A DNA stretch of 63,059 nt, filler included, from Reticulomyxa filosa (lineage: Eukaryota > Protista > Foraminifera): the NCBI GenBank assembly GCA_000512085.1. It is 22 parts of 22 records of this genome, joined end to end, with 100 filler letters (N's around TTAATTAATTAA, not from the genome) between each part and the next. Parts side by side here need not be neighbours in the genome. Positions count along the whole stretch, not along the records: positions 8,137 to 19,733 come from ASPP01027808.1; positions 19,834 to 21,377 come from ASPP01012242.1; positions 21,478 to 24,693 come from ASPP01029351.1; positions 24,794 to 26,938 come from ASPP01014312.1; 18 more parts are not named here. The stretch is one strand, 5' to 3'. Below the pieces are notes generated by a model. It was not told the DNA's origin. It did no database searches and was given only the letters and a program-made list of their open reading frames with translations. A program made the position numbers and the translations under genes. Shown here piece after piece: positions 13,401 through 25,675 of this stretch; position 1 is the first letter of the stretch; each line of letters starts with the position of its first letter.

Positions 13401-14585
13401 CAACACCGTAATGTCGTACACGCAAGAATTAAACCCCGAAAATCGGATTATCAGTGACAGCGAGTTCACATCCCACACACAAATGCAATTATCACGACCC
13501 GAAGAAAATAGCAATGGACTATTGTTCCGAAAGAACCCCATTTATACCCATACACAAACACACACACACACACACACATACAGGTATATGCAAATGTGCA
13601 GTAAACAAACAAGCAAACAAGCAAATAAAAATAAAAATAAAATAAAAATAAGATAAAAATAAATAAATAAATAGACACACAAAACATGTACACTTATTTA
13701 TATAAGTCTATAAACACATATATGGTTACGTATAATAATTTACAAATATCTGGTGTACACACATGTGTATAAACATAAACATAAACATAAACATGTATAT
13801 ATATCCCTCCCCTCTTCCTACATAACTGTCGTCGGGGTAAGGTTCGCAATTTCAAAACACTTCGAGAATGTCCCACCAAAGTGCCGATCAATTGAAAAGT
13901 GGAAATATCCCACACGCCGATTTTGCAGTCTTGTGATCCCGTGAAAATGTATCGCTTTCGCTCAATGTTTCCAGCAACACTCTTCGAATCGGTATCTTTT
14001 TCTGTGGTAGAGGAGGGAAGCAATGACGGTGTTGTTGTGGTTGTGTTGGCCTCATCCACATGGCGATACACATAACAACTGTCCAAACATAGCACCGAGT
14101 CAATATGGTAGTGCAGTGTATGTACGTGTTTATTCACTTTGTTGCTCCCAGTGGCATTGCTGGGTGACTGCTCTCCACCAAAAATTGATGCGCGTCTTGA
14201 GTCCATGCGACTCGTGTTTGCTGTCATTGGTACCGACGAGGAATCCCCATTCATCAATTGGAATAAATATACATTTGCAGTGTCTCCATTGTTTGTGTTC
14301 ATGTTATTCCATTCTTGCAGATTGTTGCTTGACCAATGATGGCTACCTAATGTTCCAGTGCTCCTTGCTAAGTTTTGTTATTTCGTATTTTCATTTGGAG
14401 GGCTCATTTGTAAAGTACTTTGTCTTAGAGATCAAAAAATAACTCAGTTGATTCGTTTGTTCGACCGTGTCATAACCGTTCTCCAGCCGCCCAGGAGACC
14501 GATTGGAAGGTACATCACCATTTTCTTGTGAGGGAGCATACAAATATAACACACTCCGAGCTTTTTGAAGCTTAGCATCTGTCAT
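9116..14585 (-). CDS. DUG2: Dug2-like protein: WD40 repeats + SAM domain + M20A (Dug1/CNDP-type) peptidase-like domain, multi-exon
   Basis: WD40: FTGSQDCKIGVWD, FSSGRDNCICVWD, ISASGDASIKIWE, VSGSRDGMVRFWD. SAM: TVDQILINLGLSEYVSRFQIEKID..LWQLTNEDMRLLGMRIGERRKLL. M20: GKNPIVLARF, LYGRGATDNKGP, LLSNSSWLGDDVPCLVYGMRG, DVHSGIHGG..EPTLDL, REGG, LPLGQESDNAHLENE. WD40+M20 with SN rather than SD is the yeast Dug2 layout. Confidence 0.85.
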
Positions 14586-14879
14586 CTTTCAAGTCTTTTT
14601 CCTCGTGGCGCACGTCCTTTTGGGCCACTTCTGGATATGTACCTGTTTGCGTGTATATACTACAGGTTTTTTAGATGTACATCCTTCAAACAAAGCCAAA
14701 TTTGGAAAATAAATAATATTTAAACTTTGGATCTGTGTGAAAGCGGGAAACTAAAATTTGGGGGAAACAAAGCTTCTTGGCTAGTTGTCAGTTTGCTCGA
14801 ACTTTCTATTTGCACGTTAATTTTTGAATTGGGTTTTTGATTAATCATTTTTTGGACGCTTTTATTGAATTTGCACAAC

Positions 14880-16219
14880 ATGGTTCTGAATGATACCTTA
14901 CAAATACCTGCTAGTACAACTGCAAGTTTTGTTTCTGTTTCTGTTACGTGAACGAGGAACGAAAGAGAAAGCAGTAATAGACGACACGATTTAAAAATAA
15001 AATAAAAACAACAGTCACCGGAAATAGTCAAAGTAATTGGTGGGCAAATTGCAAACCGTGGATAATCGATCATTGGCTGTTGCTGTTGTATATCGGTGGT
15101 GGTACATTACTTTTGACAGCAACACTGGTTGTTGGGGTTTGTTGGAGAAAACGAATTACAAAAAGAAAAGAATTTATGGAAAAGTTTACCGTGCAGGCTG
15201 TCAAGCCCGTGCCAACTAGCGAGAACGCAAATGCGGACGAAAATATCAACACAATAATAAGTGCGCAAACAATAGAATCCAAGAGCGCCCAAGCCATCGA
15301 TACAAAGGTTGAAAATGTGCTGAAAGAACCGGGAGGAGAACGTGCACCACTTTTTAAAGAAGGCATACCAATGACCCCAACAGGTTTTTTTTGTATTGTT
15401 TTTATCTCAACTACAAGTTTTTACGTATATATCAATGATGTACGTGATGTTGCTGTGACAAGAGGCAGCGAGGCAAAGAGGGATATGTACATACTTTTTA
15501 TCGATACGTTTTTCAGACAATTGACTTTGTTGACAATACTGTGCAAAAAAAAAAAAAAAAAAAAAAAAAAAGGTTTAGAGGATGACGAGGTTACAGTAAA
15601 GAAACAAAACAACGATCCAATGATAAAACGAGAGGTGCGTTTTGCGCCAGATGTGGATGACGTGCCACCAAATGCAATTGCAATGAAAAATATGAATCAA
15701 AGTGAAAGCAAATTCAGTGATATTTATAACGATTATGATGAGCACCAGCCCCATTTGGTGACCATTTTTGAAAAAGAACCTGCCGGCGAGATGACCCCAT
15801 CACCGTCAGCACCTCCTCCACGACAGCAAGACAAGCGCGATACAATGTTCAGTGTAACCGCAAGTGTCCATAAGGAAAGTCACAGAGACCCAGAATTTAG
15901 CGCTATCTATCAACCTTTTTCTCAACCCAATGACTACGCTGCTATCAAAGAACACAGAAATATGCATCGAGCCGAAACCCAAGACACTGATTACAGTGCT
16001 ATGTATGTTACATATCCCACAGCAGACATACCTGAGTCCAAAAATGTGGCCCAAATTGACCGCAATGGCGCTTTGCCAAGCGAACTTAAAACACGCTTCC
16101 AGCCGCAAGAGGGTGTTGCATCGATCAGAAGGCAAACGTACACGACTTCGGAAAATCATGAGCATAGCCAATTCAGCCAAATATATACCACGTGTCAAGA
16201 AAAAGAATCAGATCCTTGA
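14880..16219 (+). CDS. Single-pass membrane protein with a short N-terminal ectodomain and a long disordered tail, 3 exons
   Basis: Exons 14880-14925, 15015-15383 and 15573-16219 splice in phase: MVLNDTLQ..WLLLLYIGGGTLLLTATLVVGVCW-RKR (TM helix plus basic stop-transfer). Confidence 0.7.
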
Positions 16220-16846
16220 ATGTGAGAATCTTGTGTACTGATTTATTGTATCATATATATATATATATACTTTTGTATATTAAAGTTTGTTTTTCCTCTC
16301 ATTTTTTTCTTTTTTTTCTCCTGTCCCACTGGCTCAAATACAAAATTAAAAAAATTTGTTGTATGTGAGGCATTTTATTATGTGGGCATGGGGACACATA
16401 TATTATTGTTTCAATTTAATTTTCATTTTGAGTCAATTGTTATAACACCAAAAACTTCCTTAAAAGGTATCCCTAGTAGGCAAGTAGGACAAATATGAAA
16501 AAAAGCTGCCTATTCAAAAATTAGCAAACGCAATCAAACTCTGCACTAATAAAACAAAAAATTGGACTGATCAAGGTCGTGGAAAATTTGAGCCAAAGGC
16601 TTGATTGCATTATTTAAGGTGCAAATTTTTTGTGCGAAAAAGTTTTATTTATATTTATTTTGTCATTGCATACCTTATTATGCAAGCCGGTGACAGGACA
16701 GAAAATTCTGTCTTGGGACTGTTTTTCTTCTTGTTCTATTACGTGCCCTACAAAGGGAAGCAACGCGATCAAACCAAAATTGCAGTCATTGAACGTTTGC
16801 CATAATCGTCACACCAAAAATAAAATAGCTATCAAGGTTTGACAAG

Positions 16847-19397
16847 ATGTCACAAAGTCCAAAAATGCAGACAATAGTGGAAGGGTTTATTACTAACCTT
16901 TCACAAATGTCTGAACAAGACAGATCTCACAAAGTTGCATTCGACTTGTTTTGTTCTGTAGCTTTTTATCCAAGTTTTCCTATTACAGGGCACGTTTATT
17001 CAAGAAAAAGATAATAATGATGCCCCATTGAAAGAGGAAGGACAAAGAGGAAAGAAAAAAAAAAAGAATATTCTTTTGTTTGCGTTAAATAATCGAGAGA
17101 TGTGTGTTGAAAAAAAAGTTATCTGAAGCATTTAGAAAATATAAAAGTGAAGGAGAAGAAGAAAAAATAAACAATATCGGAACTGGAATTGATATTGTCA
17201 AATTTAATTGAAGACTATATAACAATAAGTTCGATAGCGCAGTCAGTAGACAGAAAGGAGATAGTCGATTGTTTGAAGGAAAAAATTGTGTCGCATCCAG
17301 AGTATAGGAACAGACTTTCGTCAGATGCAAATGGAATTGAAAGATTGGATTGGGCTTTTGTCTGTAACATTGCAAGCAACGCATCGACTTCTACACAAAG
17401 TGGAGCAGAGAACAATATATCTGCGATTCATCCGATTCAAACTAACGACAACGATAGTAGCAATGACAATAGCACCAGCAAGCAAGTCAGTGTAAAGAGA
17501 GAAAGAGAGAAGAAAGAGGAAACAAGAAATACAAAAAATTCAAATTGACCTTTGTTTGTTTGTATGTATGTTTATTTGTATTGACGGAATGAAGAAAGCA
17601 CGTGGTTCAATGCAACTGGAAATTACAAGCGAGCAGTTTGATTTAGAAAATCAACGGAAAGAGCACGAAAAAGATCGTAGAGCACGTGAATCTTTCGATG
17701 TACCCGACGAAATGAAGGAATTTTATGCGTCCAATTCTGCACCAACCCATGAGTCAAGAGGAACGAGAGTGGATATTGAGGCTAGTCTCATTCTGACTAA
17801 CGATAATTTGATTGATGAATCGCCACTTTCGCACGCACCAAACGCGGACGTAGTGTCCACCATTGTAGAGCCCACTACCGTTGCTCCCACTTCTTTCTCC
17901 TCCTCTGCACCTGATACAGTGCAACCGCAAAGCCACTCAACGGCAACTGACGAAGTGCTACCAGCTCACGAGCATCAGCAACTGATGCAAGAATGGAAGG
18001 AAACTACAAGTCGATTGGAAGAGATATATTGCAATTATCTGATTTTGAAGTTTTTTTTTTTTTTTTTTTGATGCACACACACACTTAATATGCATATTCA
18101 TATTTATTTTTGTTATTAATATTTGTGTGCACACAACATATGTATATATATATATAATACATTTTTTTAATGCATTAAAAAAAAAAAAAGGTGGTGTGAT
18201 GCGAGAACTGACGCAAATAAACGATGGAGTAGGCATGTCATCATCGCATTCGATGGACACGCTGAAATTTGTGAAGAGAATCTTTGAGAAACAAGAAGAG
18301 TATCACCAAGAGGAAATACTGCGATTAGGAACGGAAGTGACGAATAAAATGGAACGAACATTTGGCATTGGCAATGACTCGGAGTCCCCCTTTTCTCAGT
18401 CGCAGGCTTCCTTTTTTCGACAACAGAGCCTAAAATATGGTGGCATTGGCCCTCGTTCGATGAGTTTGAAAGGCAACCACACTTCGCTGTTGATGGATAA
18501 AAAACAAAAAGCAGATCCCTCGTCTTCCGCTTCTGCTTCGTCCGCCAATCATTCTCACCCTCCCAATGAACGGCATTCCAAGCTTGTCCGCAAACACAAT
18601 CGTTCGGCCACTTTGACCGCTATTGCCGATCAAATGTATGAATACAAAGATTACACCGACATTATCGAATCGCAAACACTTGAGAGCTCTTCACAGCATG
18701 ACACTGATAAGATTGGTGATGACTTAAATAAGCCTCTGGGTAAGAAAGACATAAGAACAATAGGGTGGAAGGGCACTATGTAATATATAATATATAATAT
18801 ATTATTATATAATGGATGTACCAACAAATGTTTGTCGGGGGTTGAAACATAATCGAAATAGACACGGTACGAGAAGATGAAACGGCGGTGTCTGAGTCGG
18901 ACGAGTCCATAAGTTCGCAAGAACACGAATTTCAAGGAACTACGCGAATGAAATGGCGTAAGCATGGCAAGAAAACGACAACGAATATCCCAAGCGAAGA
19001 TGGTGCGGGTGGTGCAGGTGGTGGTATCAATATTACTTTGGTGAAAGAAAAAAACCAAGCAACGAAAAGTGGGGCTGGAGGGTCATCACAACGACAGTCA
19101 AATTTATGGCTGCCCCGGAGCAGGAGATTTTCCTCTGCACATAGCAAAACGGCCACACCACAGCTGACTGATTTGCAGCAGTCAATGGACGAATTAATCC
19201 GACATTTAAAACAGCCCTCCGTTGTCAATTTCCAAAAGAATGTTAGAAAAAGGACTGAATCAGCCTTATGGCATTCCTGCCAAAAATCAAGACTCGGACG
19301 ATCAATCGACAAGTCCCGTTCAACAGCAATCACATCCGCAACCCAAACAAGTTTTTTTTTAATCACCTTTTGGGGGTTCCATCCAGATCGCCTTTGA

Positions 19398-19428
<31 letters not shown>

Positions 19429-19733
19429 ATTTTTTTTTTTTTTTTTTTTTTGAAGAGTGAATCAGTGGAAGAATTGGAACAAGAGATTGAAAACTTGAAG
19501 TATCAATATACACTAATGGAAAATACGCATCAAATTTTACAAACGAATTTGAAGTAGGTCTCTTCTTTTGCACTTTTTTTTCACTCACGATTGAAGGCAT
19601 CACATACGACAGTGCTTGGTGACGCCACATTTATTGATAAAGGTACAAGGAAGCTGTCATTGAAGAACAAAAAATGGCATTGCAAAATCAAAAAGACTTC
19701 AAAAGCGTTAACATACTTTGTTTTTTTTTTTTT
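16847..19733 (+). CDS. Hypothetical multi-exon protein, Ser-rich with a coiled-coil segment, 3'-partial
   Basis: Successive + ORFs (17189-17548, 17556-18071, 18127-18783, 18888-19397) separated by polyT/polyA/AT-microsatellite introns; SVEELEQEIENLKYQY coiled coil. No family recognised. Confidence 0.5.
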
Positions 19734-19833
19734 NNNNNNNNNNNNNNNNNNNNNNNNNNNNNNNNNNNNNNNNNNNNTTAATTAATTAANNNNNNNNNNN
19801 NNNNNNNNNNNNNNNNNNNNNNNNNNNNNNNNN

Positions 19834-20462
19834 CCAGACCTGGGCACTCAACCCACCTCGTTACAACAAAGGCGTTTAAGTAAAGATGGGGTAATACTAC
19901 TTCGCGCTAAGGACAACAAGATGTCACAAGCGCTGGAATTGAGACAGCAACTCACTGGCATATTGAAAAGATTTAATTTGATATCGCTCGAACCATCCAA
20001 TGTTTTGCATTTACTATTTTTCTGTGCTTCCATCTCTGAGCCTATTTTTAAAGAAACGTTCTGACTTAAAAAAAAAAATAAACAATCAAGGATCCACACT
20101 TTGAAGAAATAAAAGGCACTGAATCAATTCATGGTATTTATCTGTCGAGACCGGCCAATGAGAACACGAGTTCCTCAACCAACGACAATACAAATGGCCC
20201 AACGAAAGATGAGAGATCTTTTTGGATTGTCTCTGGTTCGAAATCCGAATGTTACGAGAGAAGCACTGCCTTGGAGACCAACGTTGGTGATCCATCACCG
20301 GCGATGAATATCCCGTCTGAGTTTGCACGTCTGTCCAACCAACACAAAACTGAAATTGCGGAACAACTATGTCGTTCCGCACCTGCTTTGCAACTCGAAT
20401 CTTCTATAATACAATATTTTGAGTCTATTTTTCGTCCTTTTGTTACGTTCGTTTTACACTTT

Positions 20463-20493
<31 letters not shown>

Positions 20494-21330
20494 CTCTCTC
20501 AAAAAAAAAAAATAAAATAATAATAATAATTTTTTTTTGTTGCAACCAATCAAAAATGGAGAGATAACCACTTATTGTAATGTTCCGGGAAACTTCTTTT
20601 CAATGTATGGATGGGGTTTTAAAAAAAAAAAAAATAGGAGAAGGCGTCTCGCATGGAATAATGGGGAAGTATGACACAGAAACAGTGGGCCGGTCTTGTT
20701 TTCGTGTGAGTGATTTGAGCACGACATTGCACAGCGACTTTGAATACCTGATGAATCACACGTCATTATTTCGTGGCGAAAAAGGATTGTCGCTGATGTT
20801 TTCGGGCCACGATATAAACTCAAGAGGGAAGTACGACAGGGACATGGCGAAAGGTATGTGGCAACAATGGTATGAAACGGCGTGCGAACAGACAAAGACG
20901 AATGCAAATGGGAACACATGTTCGATCTGTTCCAGCGCAGCAACATCGCAAGCCATCCGAGATGCACCTCGTGATTGGTGTTTGGAAAACTTGGCCACGA
21001 AAACCATCGAAGAGGATATCGTCAATGGAGGGACTTCGTCCTCGTCAAAGTCTCCTGAACTTTGCATGGCATGTCAGAGGGCACCCTATGGCGTGTTCGT
21101 GGTGTGGACCGCCTTGGACTACTATCGAGACCCGTGGACAGATGGAGGACTAATTTTTTGCTTGTCCAGTCACGACAGGTACAAAACTACTGATAGTGGC
21201 ACCACGTCGAATAACACGAATCATGCGAGTCCATGGACTGCCTATCCTAGAATCTTGCTCAGCAAATCACGCAACTGGTTCTTTGCCAAAGATTTGAAGC
21301 CTGGAGACACTTTGATTTTTAATATCAAAG
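19834..21330 (+). CDS. PhyH-like Fe(II)/2-oxoglutarate dioxygenase, partial
   Basis: TTLHSD (HxD), FVVWTALD..DGGLIFCLSSH and W..DLKPGDTLIF match PhyH motifs. The distal His lies beyond the contig end. Confidence 0.6.
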
Positions 21331-21477
21331 TTTTGTTCATTGCACTTACATTTTTCAACCTCTTTTTTTTTTTTTTTNNNNNNNNNNNNNNNNNNNNNNN
21401 NNNNNNNNNNNNNNNNNNNNNTTAATTAATTAANNNNNNNNNNNNNNNNNNNNNNNNNNNNNNNNNNNNNNNNNNNN

Positions 21478-22340
21478 ATATTTTCACAGCCTCGCACATG
21501 TCGTCAATGCCTTTGAGCTGTGTGATGGCCAGCAACTCGTGTTTGATTTTTTTTGCAATGATACAAGGCATTGCCAACCAAGGCGTGACAATAGGTTAAC
21601 ACGGTGTTGACATCTTTACTGATACAAATGTCGTTCTTGTTTTTTGCTCGATGCGACGTAGGATCGTATCGGACATGGCCACGAACTCATCCAATTATCG
21701 TTGCAGCTTGTCCGACTTTGTCTCACTTTCGTCGCTCGCTTTTCATTAGAGCGACGTAACGTCTTTGAATTGCTGTCAACTCTTTCCTTACTTTTGCCGA
21801 TTTTTCCAATGTCTTTTTCATTTCCATTTGCATTTGATGTCTTTGTTATGTTTGACAACGAGTCATCATCACACTCATTTCGACGTATGTGCGGTCGTGT
21901 CAATATGTGTGGCTCTTCATTTGCTCGACGGGCTCTGAAGTCGGAGGTTTGGATGAGTTAAAGATGTAGAGCCAACTGAGTCTTTTTGGGGAACGACATT
22001 GCGTGACATTATTCTCATCCCATCCGTTTATCGATGTTTTTGTGAGTTTGTTTTTTCATTTTCTTCTTTGTTCTTTACTGGTTTGACTCGTGACGGACTT
22101 GCAATGTCTTCATTCATATTCTTGCTCACACTCTTTATTGGAGAGCGCAATCCATTTATCATACTTGAAGTAGGGATCAATGTAACAAGGGTCTGCTAAA
22201 CTTTACAATCGTATATAGGTTTTCAATTTCGTTTTGTTATTGTGTGCTGGGTTGATTTCAACACAATAATATGGTGTTGCAACTCGCTTAGAGTTTTCTC
22301 TTATTGTTCGATCAACACGAAAAACTTGGCAATCCATGTT
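21478..22340 (-). pseudogene. Disrupted hypothetical coding sequence
   Basis: Protein-like pieces (EEPHILTRPHIRRNEC.., LDEFVAMSDTILRRIEQK, KHELLAITQLKGIDDMCEAVK) in shifting frames with stops. Confidence 0.3.
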
Positions 22341-23058
22341 GCAGTGGACATGTTCAAGGACTGACTGCTAAAAAAACTGAAGACAAGTTGAAAAGGGACA
22401 GAACTAAACAAAAAGTTTCATAATACAAGATTTTCAATTTCTGTTGACTTTATGATCAAAAAATTGGAGTATCTGTATCAAAATCAATTTTTATCTAAAA
22501 AAAATTGCACTGAAAAACATAAATTTTTTGAGGAAAAACAGACAAGTGGGCGACCCAAAGAAAACAAATGTTTAGATTTTGCGTCAAACTTATACCTTTC
22601 ATAGTTAAGTTCTTTGACACAAAATATTTCTTTAAGCGGTAGGTCGGGTCAGCAAACTGACTTTTCTCCACACCAAGTACATGAGTTGTCCCCCCATTTA
22701 ATGAACACACTAAAAAAAAATAATAATAAAAATAGGAGCAATGACTTATCATTACATACTATGGCGTGAGTGCTCTTATTAGTTCGAATATTTTTTCATT
22801 TAAGTTAAGATATCAACAAACAACTAAATAAAAAAATTACAGAATAAAACAAAAATGCATGAGCCAATTTGTCAATTGGTTTATGCTTCCATTTTTTTTT
22901 TAGTCTATAAATTTTTTTTTTAAAATAAAAAACGCTAGTATTTACATTTTGATTTTTTGAATGTGGGATACTGCCAACAGAGGTCAGCTCGACGTCCTTT
23001 AAATGTTTTCAATCACATGCAAGAGGTTTTTGTTGTTGTTGTACATACATTTTAACTT

Positions 23059-23690
23059 TTGGATTTGTGGAGTGATGCAACAGATCAGTTGTTAGCCACA
23101 TCGGGGACAATCCAATCACTTACATCTATGACTGTTGGCTCAATTAATGGGGCAATCCAAATAACAACGCCGACAAGAGTTCCAATGGAAACCCAAAGAC
23201 CGGCGAGAAGGAGTCCTACAAGACGACAAACACAACTATCAACATTGGCACTAACGAAGTAAAGAAAAAAAAACAACAGCAATTGACAAACAAAAAATAA
23301 AACTAATAACAAAAAAACACAAAATCCAAATTAATCACAAAATAACACAGCTTCCGGACAATGAGGCCAACACGATTGCCGACGCAAAGGCAACAAGTTG
23401 GACCCAAAGATCAACTGCGGCTCAGATAAAAAAGCCAACGAAGGTGACAACGCGCTATCCAACAAAATTGCCAACCGAGTAAGCGTTTATTTGTGATGAC
23501 ATATACACTACATTCTTTTTATGATTTTTATAAAAATACATTGTTGGCAATAATATTGTTACTTTATTCAATCATTTTTGTCATCCAAAGACACCAACTA
23601 GACATCCAACAAGAAGGCCAACTCGTATACATCACACCAAGGCCCAAATTTGTTAGCAACAATCTTACCAACAAGAGTACCAACCAAAAA
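23059..23690 (+). pseudogene. Decayed Pro/Thr-repeat (PTxxPT) surface-protein-like remnant
   Basis: TTPTRVP, RSPTRR, KKPTKVTTRYPTKLPT and PTRHPTRRPTR segments across introns and frameshifts. Confidence 0.35.
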
Positions 23691-24496
23691 AGGAAAAATT
23701 TAGTTGGATTATTGTGTTATAGATCTAATGTTTAGTCTTTATTTTTTATTTATACAATAAAATATACAAATAAATGTGTGTGTTGTTGTTATTAATAGAT
23801 GTTGATAATTGAGCCAAATTGTTAATTTGTAGTAGCGTGCTAATATATCATATTTGTTATATATATATTTTATCTTTTTATATTTATATATAGATCATTT
23901 AATGCTTTAAGATTTTATCATCTGATTTGAAAAATATATAGGTCAAGGCAAAACTTAAATAATAATAAAAAAACAACAACAAGAAAAACAATGAGATAAT
24001 AATAATAATAATGTGACAAGCAAATCAATCACAAAATATTTGTGAAATTAAAATGCACAATATGATGTATCCAATCTTTAAATGGTTGCACTCAATCAAT
24101 GTCACAAATAAATAAAATAATTATAATCAATTGTTATTGACTTGTTTGAAAAAAATTGCACATGGTCGACATTCCGAAACAAAAATATAATAAAGATTTA
24201 TTATTAACAAAAAATGTTAATAATTTGCAGAAAATGGTTTCGAGATAAGAGGATAGACTGAGATAGAGTCAGAAATGAACCAATTGAAGAAATAATAGAC
24301 TTTAGGTGTAGCACCAGTTTGATCAATATTTCAAAAATTTATTAATGCTTTGTTATTGTATATATTATTTCAACTTTTTCATGTTATCAATAAAATTTTG
24401 AATTATAAATATTAAAATCTTTAGTTAAAGATTTTAAACAAAAATCAAAGTCATATTTACTTGTGAATTATTTTTATAAATAAATAAATCATTATC

Positions 24497-24693
24497 AATT
24501 GTGAAATATCCCAAATACGCAGTTTAATTTTTATGTGAATCAATACTGTTATTTCTTCATCTTTTCCTCCAATGATATGTATATTAATGTAATGGACTGT
24601 GGCAAAATATTTTGAAATGTCATCCATTTATTTTTTTTGGATTGAATACGTGTACACTGATTTTCAAACATAAGGGTAATTTGATCCATCAAA
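24497..24693 (-). pseudogene. Kelch-family C-terminal remnant with an internal deletion
   Basis: KSVYTYSIQKNKWMTFQNILP..[deleted]..IHIIGGKDE..IHIKIKLRIWDISQL closely parallels 43678-43875. The splice donor is mutated to GA. Confidence 0.7.
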
Positions 24694-24793
24694 NNNNNNN
24701 NNNNNNNNNNNNNNNNNNNNNNNNNNNNNNNNNNNNNTTAATTAATTAANNNNNNNNNNNNNNNNNNNNNNNNNNNNNNNNNNNNNNNNNNNN

Positions 24794-24810
24794 GGGGGGG
24801 GGGGGGGGGG

Positions 24811-24843
<33 letters not shown>

Positions 24844-25623
24844 GGGACATTTGCAACGGAATGCAAAAAGTGCCTCAACATCTTCCTCTTCGAACTCAGA
24901 CTCATCTTCTGCTCCTCCACCCCCATCTTCTCGGCCGCCCCCTCCGCCCCCTCCGCGAGTCCCCCGTGGCTTTGCGGGCATGGAAGACGTCGTGTTGATC
25001 GACAGTCGAAAGGGCATATGTCCCAACGCGCTGTTCCCGCCAAAGTCCATCGGCTCGGGCGAGACACATCCCCCACCGCCACAGGGCCAAGTGTCCAATC
25101 AGATTTGGATTCAAAACACGAGTCATGAAGTCGGGGTGTGGTATTCCAAGTTATATTTAATGTATTGTTTTTGTTTGACTCATTTCGCTATTGTATATAC
25201 ATATATATATATATTATATATATATGTATATGTATACGTATATGTATACGTATATGTATATATGTACATATATGTATGTATGTGTATACCCCTCCTATTA
25301 CATTACATTAGTTGGGATTACGACTATCAGTACACAAACTTTTTCATTCGCATTCCGCCCTTTCCGGACAAGGGCCAGTGCAATGTGTCAATGAACACAG
25401 GGGTGGCGATGCGAGACTTGTTTCGATTCGAATGTTTCGACTGGAAGGGCCCCAAGATCACGTACAACCTCGAAATCGACGGCCTCCTGCTCCTGCCCAA
25501 CTTTGCACAAGACGTGTTGAACTTTTCCATCCCCTTGGGGCCAGGTCGGCACCAAATCAAAGCAGTCATCGCCACAGAGCAAAACGCCATTATATGTGTG
25601 CAATTAGACGTGAGTTGTCAATC

Positions 25624-25675
<52 letters not shown>

